From NCBI GenBank assembly GCA_017461985.1, contig JAFTSA010000007.1:68431-132430 (forward strand): a stretch of 64,000 nt of DNA, given 5' to 3'. The notes beneath the pieces are model-generated. The model saw nothing but the letters and a program-made list of their open reading frames with translations. It did no database searches and was not told the origin of the DNA. Shown here in pieces: positions 20,877 to 28,970 of the stretch. Position 1 is the stretch's first letter, and each line of letters starts with the position of its first letter. This DNA comes from Clostridia bacterium. Its GTDB lineage: Bacteria; Bacillota; Clostridia; Christensenellales; CAG-917. Made by a program: the position numbers and the translations under genes.

Positions 20877-21421
20877 ACGCACTCTATATCGTCCACGAAG
20901 TTTTGAAAAAATATACCCCTCTCGGCGGAGTGGCAGTTGACGCTACAGCAGGCAGAGGTTATGACACTTCTTTCCTTTGCGACCTTGTTGGAAAGGAGGG
21001 AAAGGTGGTGGCTTTTGACATACAAGAAAGCGCAATCAATTCCACAAAAGAACTTCTTGAAAAAGAGGGCAAGACTGCAACCCTCGTCCTTGACAGCCAC
21101 GCAAATATAGATGAATACGTAGAGAAGAAAAGTGCAGACAGCATAGTCTTCAACCTGGGCTATCTTCCTCACGGCGACCACAGCATATACACCCATTTTG
21201 ACAGCACAAAGACCGCAATCCTCAAAGGGCTCGACTGCTTGAAGAGTGGCGGTGTCATGTGTGTCAGCATCTACTATGGCGGAGACAGTGGCTATGAAGA
21301 AAAAGACGCCCTCATCCCTTGGCTGAAAACCCTTGACGACAGCCGTTATCAAGTGCTAGTCACCTATTTCCATAATTGGAAGAAGGAACCGCCTATACCT
21401 GTCTTCATCTTCAAGCACTAA
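20873..21421 (+). CDS. mnmM: YtqB/MnmM-family class I SAM-dependent methyltransferase
   Basis: Collinear with B. subtilis YtqB: VDATAGRGYDTSFLCDLVGKEGKVVAFDIQESAI, FNLGYLP, and PPIPVFIFK at the C-terminus. Confidence 0.8.
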   Translation: MNALYIVHEVLKKYTPLGGVAVDATAGRGYDTSFLCDLVGKEGKVVAFDIQESAINSTKELLEKEGKTATLVLDSHANIDEYVEKKSADSIVFNLGYLPHGDHSIYTHFDSTKTAILKGLDCLKSGGVMCVSIYYGGDSGYEEKDALIPWLKTLDDSRYQVLVTYFHNWKKEPPIPVFIFKH

Positions 21422-21643
21422 AAAACGCGCTAAATCGCGAATAGCATTGTCAAAGCCCTGATATCCCACCCTTATGTACGCCAAGTACACAGCGGGACGC
21501 GATTGACTTCGTAGCAATCGCTATTACACGGTCTATCAGGGCTTTTTCGCACTCTTCATCGATTTATTGCGTTTTTTACAAAATTATAGGTTGCGGAGCG
21601 GTCACTTGCACCAAAGGTGCTGGGGTCCAGTCCTTTAAGCAAA

Positions 21644-21676
21644 ACAAAAAAACCTCTTCGTTTGAAGAGGTTTGTT
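21644..21676 (-). terminator. Intrinsic terminator immediately 3' of tRNA-Asn
   Basis: AACCTCTTC-gttt-GAAGAGGTT (21651-21672). On the minus strand it is followed by TTTTTTTGTTTT. Confidence 0.8.
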
Positions 21677-21752
21677 TGGCGCCTGTTGAGGGACTCGGAC
21701 CCCCGACACTGCGGTTAACAGCCGCATGCTCTACCGACTGAGCTAAACAGGC
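21677..21752 (-). tRNA. tRNA-Asn (anticodon GTT), CCA encoded
   Basis: Minus strand reads GCCTGTTTAGCTCAGTCGGTAGAGCATGCGGCTGTTAACCGCAGTGTCGGGGGTCCGAGTCCCTCAACAGGCGCCA. It folds as a cloverleaf with 7-bp acceptor, GCTC/GAGC D stem, TGCGG/CCGCA anticodon stem, loop CTGTTAA and a 5-bp T stem. Confidence 0.92.
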
Positions 21753-21949
21753 ATAAACTTGATTTTGACTGTTTTGACCGACAAATCAAAAACAGGCATA
21801 ATACGCATTTTATTGCTGAATGCTTGTTTATAATAATCTTATTAAAGCCGTTTGTCAACTGTTTTTTAAAAAACTTGCTTAAAGTGGCAAAATTTTTGTT
21901 ACTATTGAAACTTTCTTTTTGGTGTTGTATAATCTAAAAAAAGTATTTT

Positions 21950-22501
21950 ATGGCAATAAGACAACTTCAACCAAAAGACAAAGAGAATTGCAGGACAGTC
22001 TGTCATCAGACCGCAACCGCACCCAAGTATATCAAATCTAAAGATTTGGTGTGTCTTTTGTATTGCGACTATTACGTGGACAACGAGGCGGACAACTGCT
22101 TTGTTGTGACGGACGAGGACGACAATGCAATAGGATATATCCTCTGCGCAGAGAACCCAAAAAAGTTTGACAAAGGTGTCAAACCCTATCTTAAAAAGGC
22201 AAGAAAGATTGATTTCTTTGACGGACTTATGCCCATCCTTGAAAGCGTTGCTTTCAAAGGATTGTGCAAAAAGTATCCGGCGCACCTTCACATTGACATT
22301 TTGCCCGTAGGGCAAGGTCAAGGGCACGGCTCTAAGCTCCTCAAAGCCCTAGAAGAGCATTTGCGCGCAAAAGGCGTAAAAGGGGTTAGGCTTGGTGTTG
22401 GCGGTGATAATACGGGCGCACATCGCTTTTACGAACGCAACGGCTTTGTCCTGTTGAAAAATTTGGGCGGTATGGGCAGAATATACGGCAAGCAACTCTG
22501 A
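21950..22501 (+). CDS. GNAT-family N-acetyltransferase
   Basis: 183 aa with acetyl-CoA motif A (VGQGQGHGSKLL) and C-terminal RFYERNGF. Promoter TTGAAA (21905-21910)-17-TATAAT (21928-21933). Confidence 0.8.
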   Translation: MAIRQLQPKDKENCRTVCHQTATAPKYIKSKDLVCLLYCDYYVDNEADNCFVVTDEDDNAIGYILCAENPKKFDKGVKPYLKKARKIDFFDGLMPILESVAFKGLCKKYPAHLHIDILPVGQGQGHGSKLLKALEEHLRAKGVKGVRLGVGGDNTGAHRFYERNGFVLLKNLGGMGRIYGKQL

Positions 22502-22502
22502 T

Positions 22503-22571
22503 CCACAACTGCGAGCATAGTGAGCAATATCACTTGCCGTAGGCAAATATAACTGCGAAGCAATACAACTT
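22503..22571. repeat. Intergenic repeat, copy A (69 nt)
   Basis: CCACAACTGCGAGCATAGTGAGCAATATCACTTGCCGTAGGCAAATATAACTGCGAAGCAATACAACTT. It matches 33797-33883 with 3 mismatches plus an 18-nt internal duplication in copy B. Confidence 0.85.
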
Positions 22572-22623
22572 CTTTCAAGAAATATAACTTTGCAAAATAT
22601 TTATTTTGCAAAATAAAAAATCA

Positions 22624-22654
22624 CTCCACGAGGAGTGCTTTTTGTTTTGTTGTT
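22624..22654. terminator. Bidirectional terminator between the GNAT gene and the giant gene
   Basis: CACTCC-acga-GGAGTG flanked by an A-run (22625-22630) and CTTTTTGTTTT. Confidence 0.6.
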
Positions 22655-22659
22655 TGGCT

Positions 22660-25600
22660 TTAGCCTTCTGCGTTTTGGCGTTCGTAGATGTTGTCGTACA
22701 ACGTGACGATGTCAACGTGGATGTCGCCGTTTGCGTAGGACAGTGATGCGAAGAAGTCTTCAAGGGTTGCTTCACCGATGATTGACAACACTTCGTCGCT
22801 AAGGGTTGTGATGTTGCCCCAGTCGAGGATGTTTTGGATGGTCATATTCTTCAACTTGTTTTGGAAGACAGTGCCAAGGTCGTCGATGCTTGCGTTTTTG
22901 ATCTCCTCATCGTCAAACAAACTGTCGGGGGAAATGTTCATCATATCACTGATGGTGAATTCCTTGAGGGCAGTGTCAAGTGAATTGACTTTGACGTCGT
23001 GGACAGCAAATGCTTTGAGTGCCGGTGCAGATTGTTGTTGCACGTATGCCACTTTCTTGGTGCCTGCGTCCATAAGTTCGAGGAAAGCAAGGACTTCAGC
23101 ATTGTCGCCTTTGATTTCGACGATATAGCCGATTGTTTCCTTCACGTAGACTACGTCTTCTGCATCATCGGGCACTTCGTCTTTTGCGATGAGCTTCTTG
23201 TCGTAGAAGGCAAGGGTTGCGCTCGCTTCATCGGTTTCGATATAGGTGGTTGAAGCCATTTGTTTTGAGAAGGTGGGGATGACTTCACCACCGCCCACGG
23301 CGTCGTCATATTCGCTATCGAGAGGAGCGTAGTAGTAGAAATCCTTTCCGCCTGCACTATGTTTGACGGTGTTTTTGATGAAAGTGAGGCCTGCGTATTC
23401 GCTTGATTTGTCGGGTATGATGTCAGTGCCGTCTGCTTTGAGATAGTACTTATCTCTTGTGTCTGCGGTGCTGTCTTCAACAAGAGCGAAGCCGTCACTG
23501 AGGAGGAGATATTTGTCAAGGTCTGCATGAGAGGGGTTGGCTGAACTGTATTCAACGTAGTTGCCGAGCACCTTGACGTAGAGTATATTGTCGCCTTTAT
23601 ATGTGGGGTTGCTGTAAATGGGGAGAATTAAAGTTTCCCCAGTGTAACCAGATTCTGCCTTCTCACGCGTATACAGACGAGAATACAGGTCACTACGACC
23701 CGAAATTGCAATGTATGTGCAGAGTGCAGGATTATAGTGCATCTTGCCGGCTTCGTCTTTATAATATCCATGACCACCGGACTTGAAAAGGTCTGCCATG
23801 ACTTCAGGAAATGTGTCAGGATCATCAAGCAAGGCATCGGCTATCAAGCTGGCGTCGAAAAGCGAATACTTATACTTGACAGTGCCTGTCTCCAATGCGG
23901 CTGTTTGTGCTTCATTGAGGGCAAAATACATAGTATCGCGGAGATAATACTTGCCGTTTCCATCACGGATGAAAGAGAAGTAGTGAGCCTCGTCACCATC
24001 GTAGATGGTGTAGTCGTCATCGTAAGGCACAAGATATTCACCTTTAACGCCGTAGTTTGCGGTGTCATCTCTGATGACGTCAAACTCGTAGATGTCCATA
24101 AGGTCTTTGAGATAGAGGTCGTTGATGACGTCTTCCATACGGTTGCCAAGGTCGGTGACAGGCAGATATGCCATCTTCTTCATGACGACATGGCTTGTGC
24201 CGTATGAATCCACAACAAAGTAGCGATTTTTATCAGAGAGCGGGTGTTCGTCGATATAGTCACGAGATGCTTCAACATAGAGACCGTCATCATAGTAATA
24301 ATAAATCAAGTTCGTGTCGTCGGTGTTGTCCACTTTCTTGTAGATGTCTGCATCGATATCCATAACGTCTGAGAGGGCAAGCCCGTCAAGTGCGCTGGAG
24401 AAGTCACTTATCTTGACCCGTGCGAAACGTTGGAGCATAAGTGAGGAATAAGTTACTTTAACGTAGGCGTCACCGCTGCCCGTTGTTTCCATACGTTTTT
24501 CGGTGTCGTTCCAATAGTATTTGGTCACACTGCCGTCTGCGATTTCTTCTTCAGTTGCAAGGCGGTAAGTGACGTCACCATTTGTGACACGGACATATCT
24601 TGTGCTGTCTCCGTGGACTGAGGGGTTGTACAAAGTGTAATAGTTGCCACTGCTGACGTAGACGTATTTGGTCACACTGCCGTCTGCGAGTTCTTCTTCA
24701 GTTGCAAGGCGGTAAGTGAAGTCGGCATTTGTGACACGGATATATCTTGTGCTGTCTTTGTGGACTGCGGGATTGTACAAAGTGTAATAATTGCCACTGC
24801 TGACGTAGACGTATTTGCCATCTGCGTGAGGCATATAGAGGACGGGGTCAATGGTGATGACTTCGTCAAGACGCATTGTGTTGATTACGTCTTCCATACG
24901 GTTGCCAATATCTGCGATATTGAGGCGTGCCATCTTCTTCACGATTGCGTGGCTTGTGCCTTCTGCCACGATTTCGTAGTAGGTCTCGGTGGGATTTTCG
25001 GTGATATAGTCGCTGTCCACGTCAATGAAAAGACCATTGTCATAGCGGTAATAGGTCTTTGTGGTGTCGCTGGTGCTTGCCACTTTCTTGTAGACGTCGG
25101 CGTCAATGTCCATGACTTCGTCAAGGCGCATCGTGTCAATGAGGCTTTCCATTTCGCTGGACATATTGTCCACCTTGACAAGAGCAAGTTTCTTGAGAAT
25201 TGAGCTTGTTTCGCTCTTTTCAACAAGTTTGTAGACGGTTTTTGTGAGGAATGCTGTTTCGGGGTCGTCACAGATGCAATATTTGCTTCCGTCAAAGGTG
25301 TAGAATTCGTCATCAATTGATGCGGTGGAGAAGTAGTCCTCGTCCGTCACAACTTCGTAGGTGTCCATATCCACGTCAATGACGTCACCGAGGACGAGGT
25401 CGTTGAATGCGTCAGAGAAGTCACCGATTGAAATGCTTGCAAGACGTTGGAGAATCTTGCTTGATGCGCTGCCGATGACGTAGAGGTTTTCGCCTGCGGG
25501 AGTGCCACTGACCATAGTGTTGGTGGCTTCGTCAAGATAGAATTTTTGGATTGATGAATCGGCGATTTCTGCCTCTGTTGCAAGGATATAGTCGGGGTGA

Positions 25601-27237
25601 TTAGGGTCACCGCTTGCCATCTTGGTGTATCTTGTTTCACCGCTGTGGAGGGTGGGATTATACAAAGTATAATAGAAGTTGTCGCCGTCAACAATCTTCA
25701 CGTAGTCACCCTTTTCATCTTCTGCGTAAAGTGAATAGGTGATTTCAATGACGTCACCAAGGATGAGGTCGTCAATGCTGTCACTGAGTTTGTTGAGGGG
25801 CTTGTCCTTCAAGGTTTGAAGGATTGTTGCGCTGTCCTCGGTCACTTCGATGAGGTCGCCAAGTTTCAAGGACATAAGGGTGTCGGTGGCGTTGTTAAGT
25901 CCGCTGACTGTGGTGTATGCAATGACTTGGATTGCCACGTCAGATGAGCCTGCGTGCACTCTAACGTATCCGTCAAAGCCTTCATCAAGACGGCTATCCT
26001 TTGTTGCAGGTGCATATTCAGGATTAAGACCGAAAGTGGGTGCGATGACAAATGCGCCAAGGGTGTCGTCATAGACGTAAACGTTGCCAGTGACGGTCAC
26101 TTTGCCTTCATCGGTGGTGAAGGGAGAGCCACCCTCATTTTTTGCAAAACTTGAAAGGAGCACGTAGCCGTCTGTCGTAGGCACGTATTCACCGCCAATT
26201 TCCACAAAGTGGTTGCCGTATGCTTTGACGTAAAACTCACTTGTGGCAGGCATAGTGTCAGGGTCGTACGCTACAAACTCAATGAAACGATAGTACACTT
26301 TGTCGTTGTCTTCCGTTGCAGTATAGCAGGTGTTGTCTACTCTGTAGACAAGGTTGCCGTGTTCATCAACCACGTCAATGGTGTTGCCATCTTCGTCGGT
26401 TGTGGTTTTCTTCACAAAACGAAGTTCACGGACAAGGTTTTCATCTCCGCTTCTGCCGCAGACGTAGGTGGCTGCGCCGTCCTTAACAAGGTCGATTTCG
26501 TCACCCATAACTTCTTCATATCTGTCAACCTTGACGTAGATTTGGTTTTCACCAAGTTTTACAAACTTGTCGCAGTCTGCATCAATGATTTTGCCCACTT
26601 CAATGCCGTTGATGACGTCACCAAAGGTTGAGAGGGGAGTGTCCTTGATTTGGTTGAAGATTGCGTTTTCACCAAGAGTGATGCCAAAGTTGTCTTCAAT
26701 TTGACGGAGGGTGATGTTGTCCCCGTCAATGGATTTCAAAATTGCATCAAGAGCCTTTGTGACAGGGCTGTACAAGTTGTCTTCAAGGATAGGAAGACCA
26801 TATTCAGTGAAATCCATACCGGCAAACTCGCCGATATCGTTCAAAGTTATGTTGTCCACAATCACCCCTAGGTTGTCCTTCAACTGATTGATGGGCACGT
26901 CAAAGAGCGGGGAGATGTCAATGCCACTGATTTCGCCAAAGTTGTCGGTGTGTTTTGTAAGACCATACTTTTCGGCGATTTCGTTCAAGGACATATTGCC
27001 GATGTTTTGCACGTCAGCAATAAGGTCTTGACCAACCTCCCAGATGGTTTTGTTTGTGATTTCACTGCCTTCGTCAAAAATGGCTTTTTCACCGGTGAGG
27101 CCGACTTTTTCAGTGATATCACCGATGGTGAAAGAGGTGGCAACAGCATAAATTGTGCCAGCGATTGCACCAACAAAGAGCACTATGCCCATGATGATGC
27201 CGAGAACAAACGTGAGTGTACCTTTCAAAACTCTCAT
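22660..27237 (-). CDS. Giant (1525 aa) N-terminally membrane-anchored, highly acidic Asp/Tyr-rich repeat protein, function unknown
   Basis: Uninterrupted 4.6-kb ORF with AGGAG before ATG 27237. One N-terminal TM helix (LTFVLGIIMGIVLFVGAIAGTIYAV). At least 8 copies of a ~35-aa motif (e.g. ILKKLALVKVDNMSSEMESLIDTMRLDEVMDIDADVY) plus tandem 49-aa repeats. No sortase or other familiar domain recognised. Confidence 0.85.
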   Translation of the reverse strand: MRVLKGTLTFVLGIIMGIVLFVGAIAGTIYAVATSFTIGDITEKVGLTGEKAIFDEGSEITNKTIWEVGQDLIADVQNIGNMSLNEIAEKYGLTKHTDNFGEISGIDISPLFDVPINQLKDNLGVIVDNITLNDIGEFAGMDFTEYGLPILEDNLYSPVTKALDAILKSIDGDNITLRQIEDNFGITLGENAIFNQIKDTPLSTFGDVINGIEVGKIIDADCDKFVKLGENQIYVKVDRYEEVMGDEIDLVKDGAATYVCGRSGDENLVRELRFVKKTTTDEDGNTIDVVDEHGNLVYRVDNTCYTATEDNDKVYYRFIEFVAYDPDTMPATSEFYVKAYGNHFVEIGGEYVPTTDGYVLLSSFAKNEGGSPFTTDEGKVTVTGNVYVYDDTLGAFVIAPTFGLNPEYAPATKDSRLDEGFDGYVRVHAGSSDVAIQVIAYTTVSGLNNATDTLMSLKLGDLIEVTEDSATILQTLKDKPLNKLSDSIDDLILGDVIEITYSLYAEDEKGDYVKIVDGDNFYYTLYNPTLHSGETRYTKMASGDPNHPDYILATEAEIADSSIQKFYLDEATNTMVSGTPAGENLYVIGSASSKILQRLASISIGDFSDAFNDLVLGDVIDVDMDTYEVVTDEDYFSTASIDDEFYTFDGSKYCICDDPETAFLTKTVYKLVEKSETSSILKKLALVKVDNMSSEMESLIDTMRLDEVMDIDADVYKKVASTSDTTKTYYRYDNGLFIDVDSDYITENPTETYYEIVAEGTSHAIVKKMARLNIADIGNRMEDVINTMRLDEVITIDPVLYMPHADGKYVYVSSGNYYTLYNPAVHKDSTRYIRVTNADFTYRLATEEELADGSVTKYVYVSSGNYYTLYNPSVHGDSTRYVRVTNGDVTYRLATEEEIADGSVTKYYWNDTEKRMETTGSGDAYVKVTYSSLMLQRFARVKISDFSSALDGLALSDVMDIDADIYKKVDNTDDTNLIYYYYDDGLYVEASRDYIDEHPLSDKNRYFVVDSYGTSHVVMKKMAYLPVTDLGNRMEDVINDLYLKDLMDIYEFDVIRDDTANYGVKGEYLVPYDDDYTIYDGDEAHYFSFIRDGNGKYYLRDTMYFALNEAQTAALETGTVKYKYSLFDASLIADALLDDPDTFPEVMADLFKSGGHGYYKDEAGKMHYNPALCTYIAISGRSDLYSRLYTREKAESGYTGETLILPIYSNPTYKGDNILYVKVLGNYVEYSSANPSHADLDKYLLLSDGFALVEDSTADTRDKYYLKADGTDIIPDKSSEYAGLTFIKNTVKHSAGGKDFYYYAPLDSEYDDAVGGGEVIPTFSKQMASTTYIETDEASATLAFYDKKLIAKDEVPDDAEDVVYVKETIGYIVEIKGDNAEVLAFLELMDAGTKKVAYVQQQSAPALKAFAVHDVKVNSLDTALKEFTISDMMNISPDSLFDDEEIKNASIDDLGTVFQNKLKNMTIQNILDWGNITTLSDEVLSIIGEATLEDFFASLSYANGDIHVDIVTLYDNIYERQNAEG
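24518..24811 (-). repeat. Tandem 147-bp (49-codon) duplication inside the giant gene
   Basis: Units 24518-24664 and 24665-24811 differ at about 10 of 147 positions. They encode YVYVSSGNYYTLYNP(A/S)VH(K/G)DSTRY(I/V)RVTN(A/G)D(F/V)TYRLATEEE(L/I)ADGSVTK. Confidence 0.9.
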
Positions 27238-27248
27238 AGTTTACTCCT

Positions 27249-27283
27249 AAAATCCAAAAGGACTCTTTCATGCGAAAGAGCCC
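27249..27283 (-). terminator. Hairpin plus U-tract between cvpA and the giant gene (partial terminator/attenuator candidate)
   Basis: Minus strand reads GGGCTCTTTC-gcat-GAAAGAGTCC (one mismatch) followed by TTTTGGATTTT. Confidence 0.45.
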
Positions 27284-27289
27284 CGAGGT

Positions 27290-28033
27290 TTAACGTTTTG
27301 TGAAGATGTCTGCAAGCACGGTGCCTATGGGGTTCAGGTCATAGAAGAACTTGCACACAGTTGATTGGTTGATATAATCAACCACGATGGGGATTTTGTC
27401 CCCGACTGCTTTGATTATGGCAAGGACAACCATGATAAGCACCGCAGAGGTGACAAGACCAACCACACCGCCAAGGATTCTGTCGATGACGCGGACGGGT
27501 TTTGACTCGCTGTGGTGCATATTTTTTGTCATGCCTTTGATGATTGAACATATGATGCTGAGACCGATGCAACTGACAAGGAAGAGAGCAACGCAAACGA
27601 TGAGGCTGACCACGTTGTGCACGCACACTCCTGCAAGGGATTGTACGCCGTATTCTGCCATGAACAGACCTGCCAGCCAGTTGGCAATCATACCCTTGAT
27701 GCCCATATCTGCAAGGTTTTGTCTTGCGCCGTCAATGAGGATATATCTGACACCTTCGTCAGAGTAGACGACTTCGTTGAATTCAACGCCCCAACCTGAG
27801 GACGTACCGCCGATTGCACCTGCAAGACTTTGACCGAGAGAGGAGTCCATGACAGTCTTGTGGAGCAATCCCATGATAAGCAACGAAACAAGGATGATTG
27901 TGACGGTCATCACAAAACCCTTCATGGACTTGCCAAAACCTCTTGCCATACCCAAAAGTGTGAAGAGGACGAGGATTGCTATCAGTGCTACGTCTGCGTA
28001 CCAAGTGGTGGCAGACAGGGTGGTCATAAACAT
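27290..28033 (-). CDS. cvpA: CvpA-family integral membrane protein
   Basis: 247 aa with 4-5 TM helices. The N-terminal pattern DVALIAILVLFTLLGMARGFGKS is typical of the colicin V production protein family. Promoter TTGCAT-17-TATAAT on the minus strand at 28068-28096. Confidence 0.7.
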   Translation of the reverse strand: MFMTTLSATTWYADVALIAILVLFTLLGMARGFGKSMKGFVMTVTIILVSLLIMGLLHKTVMDSSLGQSLAGAIGGTSSGWGVEFNEVVYSDEGVRYILIDGARQNLADMGIKGMIANWLAGLFMAEYGVQSLAGVCVHNVVSLIVCVALFLVSCIGLSIICSIIKGMTKNMHHSESKPVRVIDRILGGVVGLVTSAVLIMVVLAIIKAVGDKIPIVVDYINQSTVCKFFYDLNPIGTVLADIFTKR

Positions 28034-28237
28034 AATGAAACACTCTCTCTTGTCATTGTTAAATTATATTATAAACTCACGCGCGGGTTAATGCAAGAAA
28101 AATTTGTATTGAAATGAAAACGCGTATCGCACACGAGGGCGGAAAGTGAGTGATTTTGCCGACAAAAATCCCAAAAAACCAGCCATAAAACCCAAAAATC
28201 AAGGATATTGCAGGTGTTTTCAGGCAATAATTTCCTT

Positions 28238-28759
28238 ATGGAAAGTTTTGAAAATAAGTTGAAAAAAGGTGGGCAAATTGTGGTGGTATGCTTTGGCACA
28301 CCCACGGTAAACGGTGATTCATTTGGTCCTAGAGTGGGCAGTTTTTTGAAAGAAAACAACCTTCCTTGCTTTGTCTACGGCACTCTTGAAAACCCTGTGA
28401 CTGCAAGAAATATGGAGGAATATATCTCTTTTGTCAAGAGAGTGCACGAGGGTGACGTGATTTTGTCGGTGGATGCTTCACTTGGAAAGAGAGAGCGAGT
28501 TGGCAAAATTGCGGTGCGCACTGACGGGGTTTGCCCTGCCGGGATAAAGGGCGAAAAGAGGCGGTTTGGTGACGTTGGAGTGCTTGGTGTTGTTGGGGAC
28601 AAAGACACCGACCATATATCTGCACTTTTGACTGCAAACATAGATAAAGTGTCAAAAATGGCGGATAAAGTGGCTGTTATGATAAAAGATGCGGTTGAGC
28701 AGATCTTGACTTGCACCACAAAATCACAGCCAATATCCCCTGAAATCATCTTCAAATAA
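28238..28759 (+). CDS. yyaC: YyaC-family sporulation protein (DUF1256, GPR-like peptidase fold)
   Basis: VVCFGTPTVNGDSFGPRVGSFL and SVDASLGK parallel YyaC IVCIGTDRSTGDSLGPLVG / IDACLG. Start taken at ATG 28238 rather than TTG 28208. Confidence 0.7.
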   Translation: MESFENKLKKGGQIVVVCFGTPTVNGDSFGPRVGSFLKENNLPCFVYGTLENPVTARNMEEYISFVKRVHEGDVILSVDASLGKRERVGKIAVRTDGVCPAGIKGEKRRFGDVGVLGVVGDKDTDHISALLTANIDKVSKMADKVAVMIKDAVEQILTCTTKSQPISPEIIFK

Positions 28760-28851
28760 TCCTTAAAATTTCTCCTTGTTTTAAGACAATTTTAATGCAC
28801 TTGATTCATCATCAAAGTGCATCTTGCCATTGAAAAGTGTACGCACACTCG

Positions 28852-28880
28852 TTGACAATAGTGCGGTGCTATATTATAAT
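28852..28880 (+). promoter_or_regulatory. Strong sigma-A promoter for ftsH
   Basis: TTGACA (28852-28857), 17-nt spacer, TATAAT (28875-28880). An ~85-nt GC-rich leader precedes GGAGG and ATG 28971. Confidence 0.65.
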
Positions 28881-28970
28881 AATAGGACATATGCTTGTAT
28901 AACCCGCAGGCAGAGCGTGCGGAAGCGCGCGTGAAGACGTACAATCAGGGCCTTTGCCCTTGGAGGAATA

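Noticed and set aside
20516-21352. 278-aa minus-strand ORF overlapping the small membrane gene and the mnmM-like gene
   Set aside because: It is antisense to a gene with strong homology-type motifs. It has no SD and a Cys/Phe-rich nonsense-like composition, so I treat it as a shadow ORF. The same reasoning rejects 1140-1817(-), 13175-13834(-), 41308-42090(-), 46376-47200(-), 47593-48060(-), 51791-52450(-), 58165-58737(-) and the many shorter antisense or off-frame track ORFs.
21585-21643. tRNA-like fragment (GCGGAGCGGTCA...GGGGTCCAGTCC) near tRNA-Asn
   Set aside because: I could not fold it into a cloverleaf on either strand. There is no T-loop consensus and no acceptor pairing.
22349-22611. 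Minus-strand ORFs here and at 33654-33875 share the peptide LRSYICLRQVILLT, suggesting a conserved small protein
   Set aside because: The shared peptide is simply the translation of the 69-nt DNA repeat. The flanks are unrelated, there is no SD, and one ORF overlaps the GNAT gene 3' end.
28881-28970. GC-rich ftsH leader with several short hairpins (CCGCA...TGCGG; AGGGC-cttt-GCCCT just before the SD)
   Set aside because: The hairpins are short and there are no alternative pairings or known motifs I can name. That is insufficient to call a riboswitch or thermosensor.
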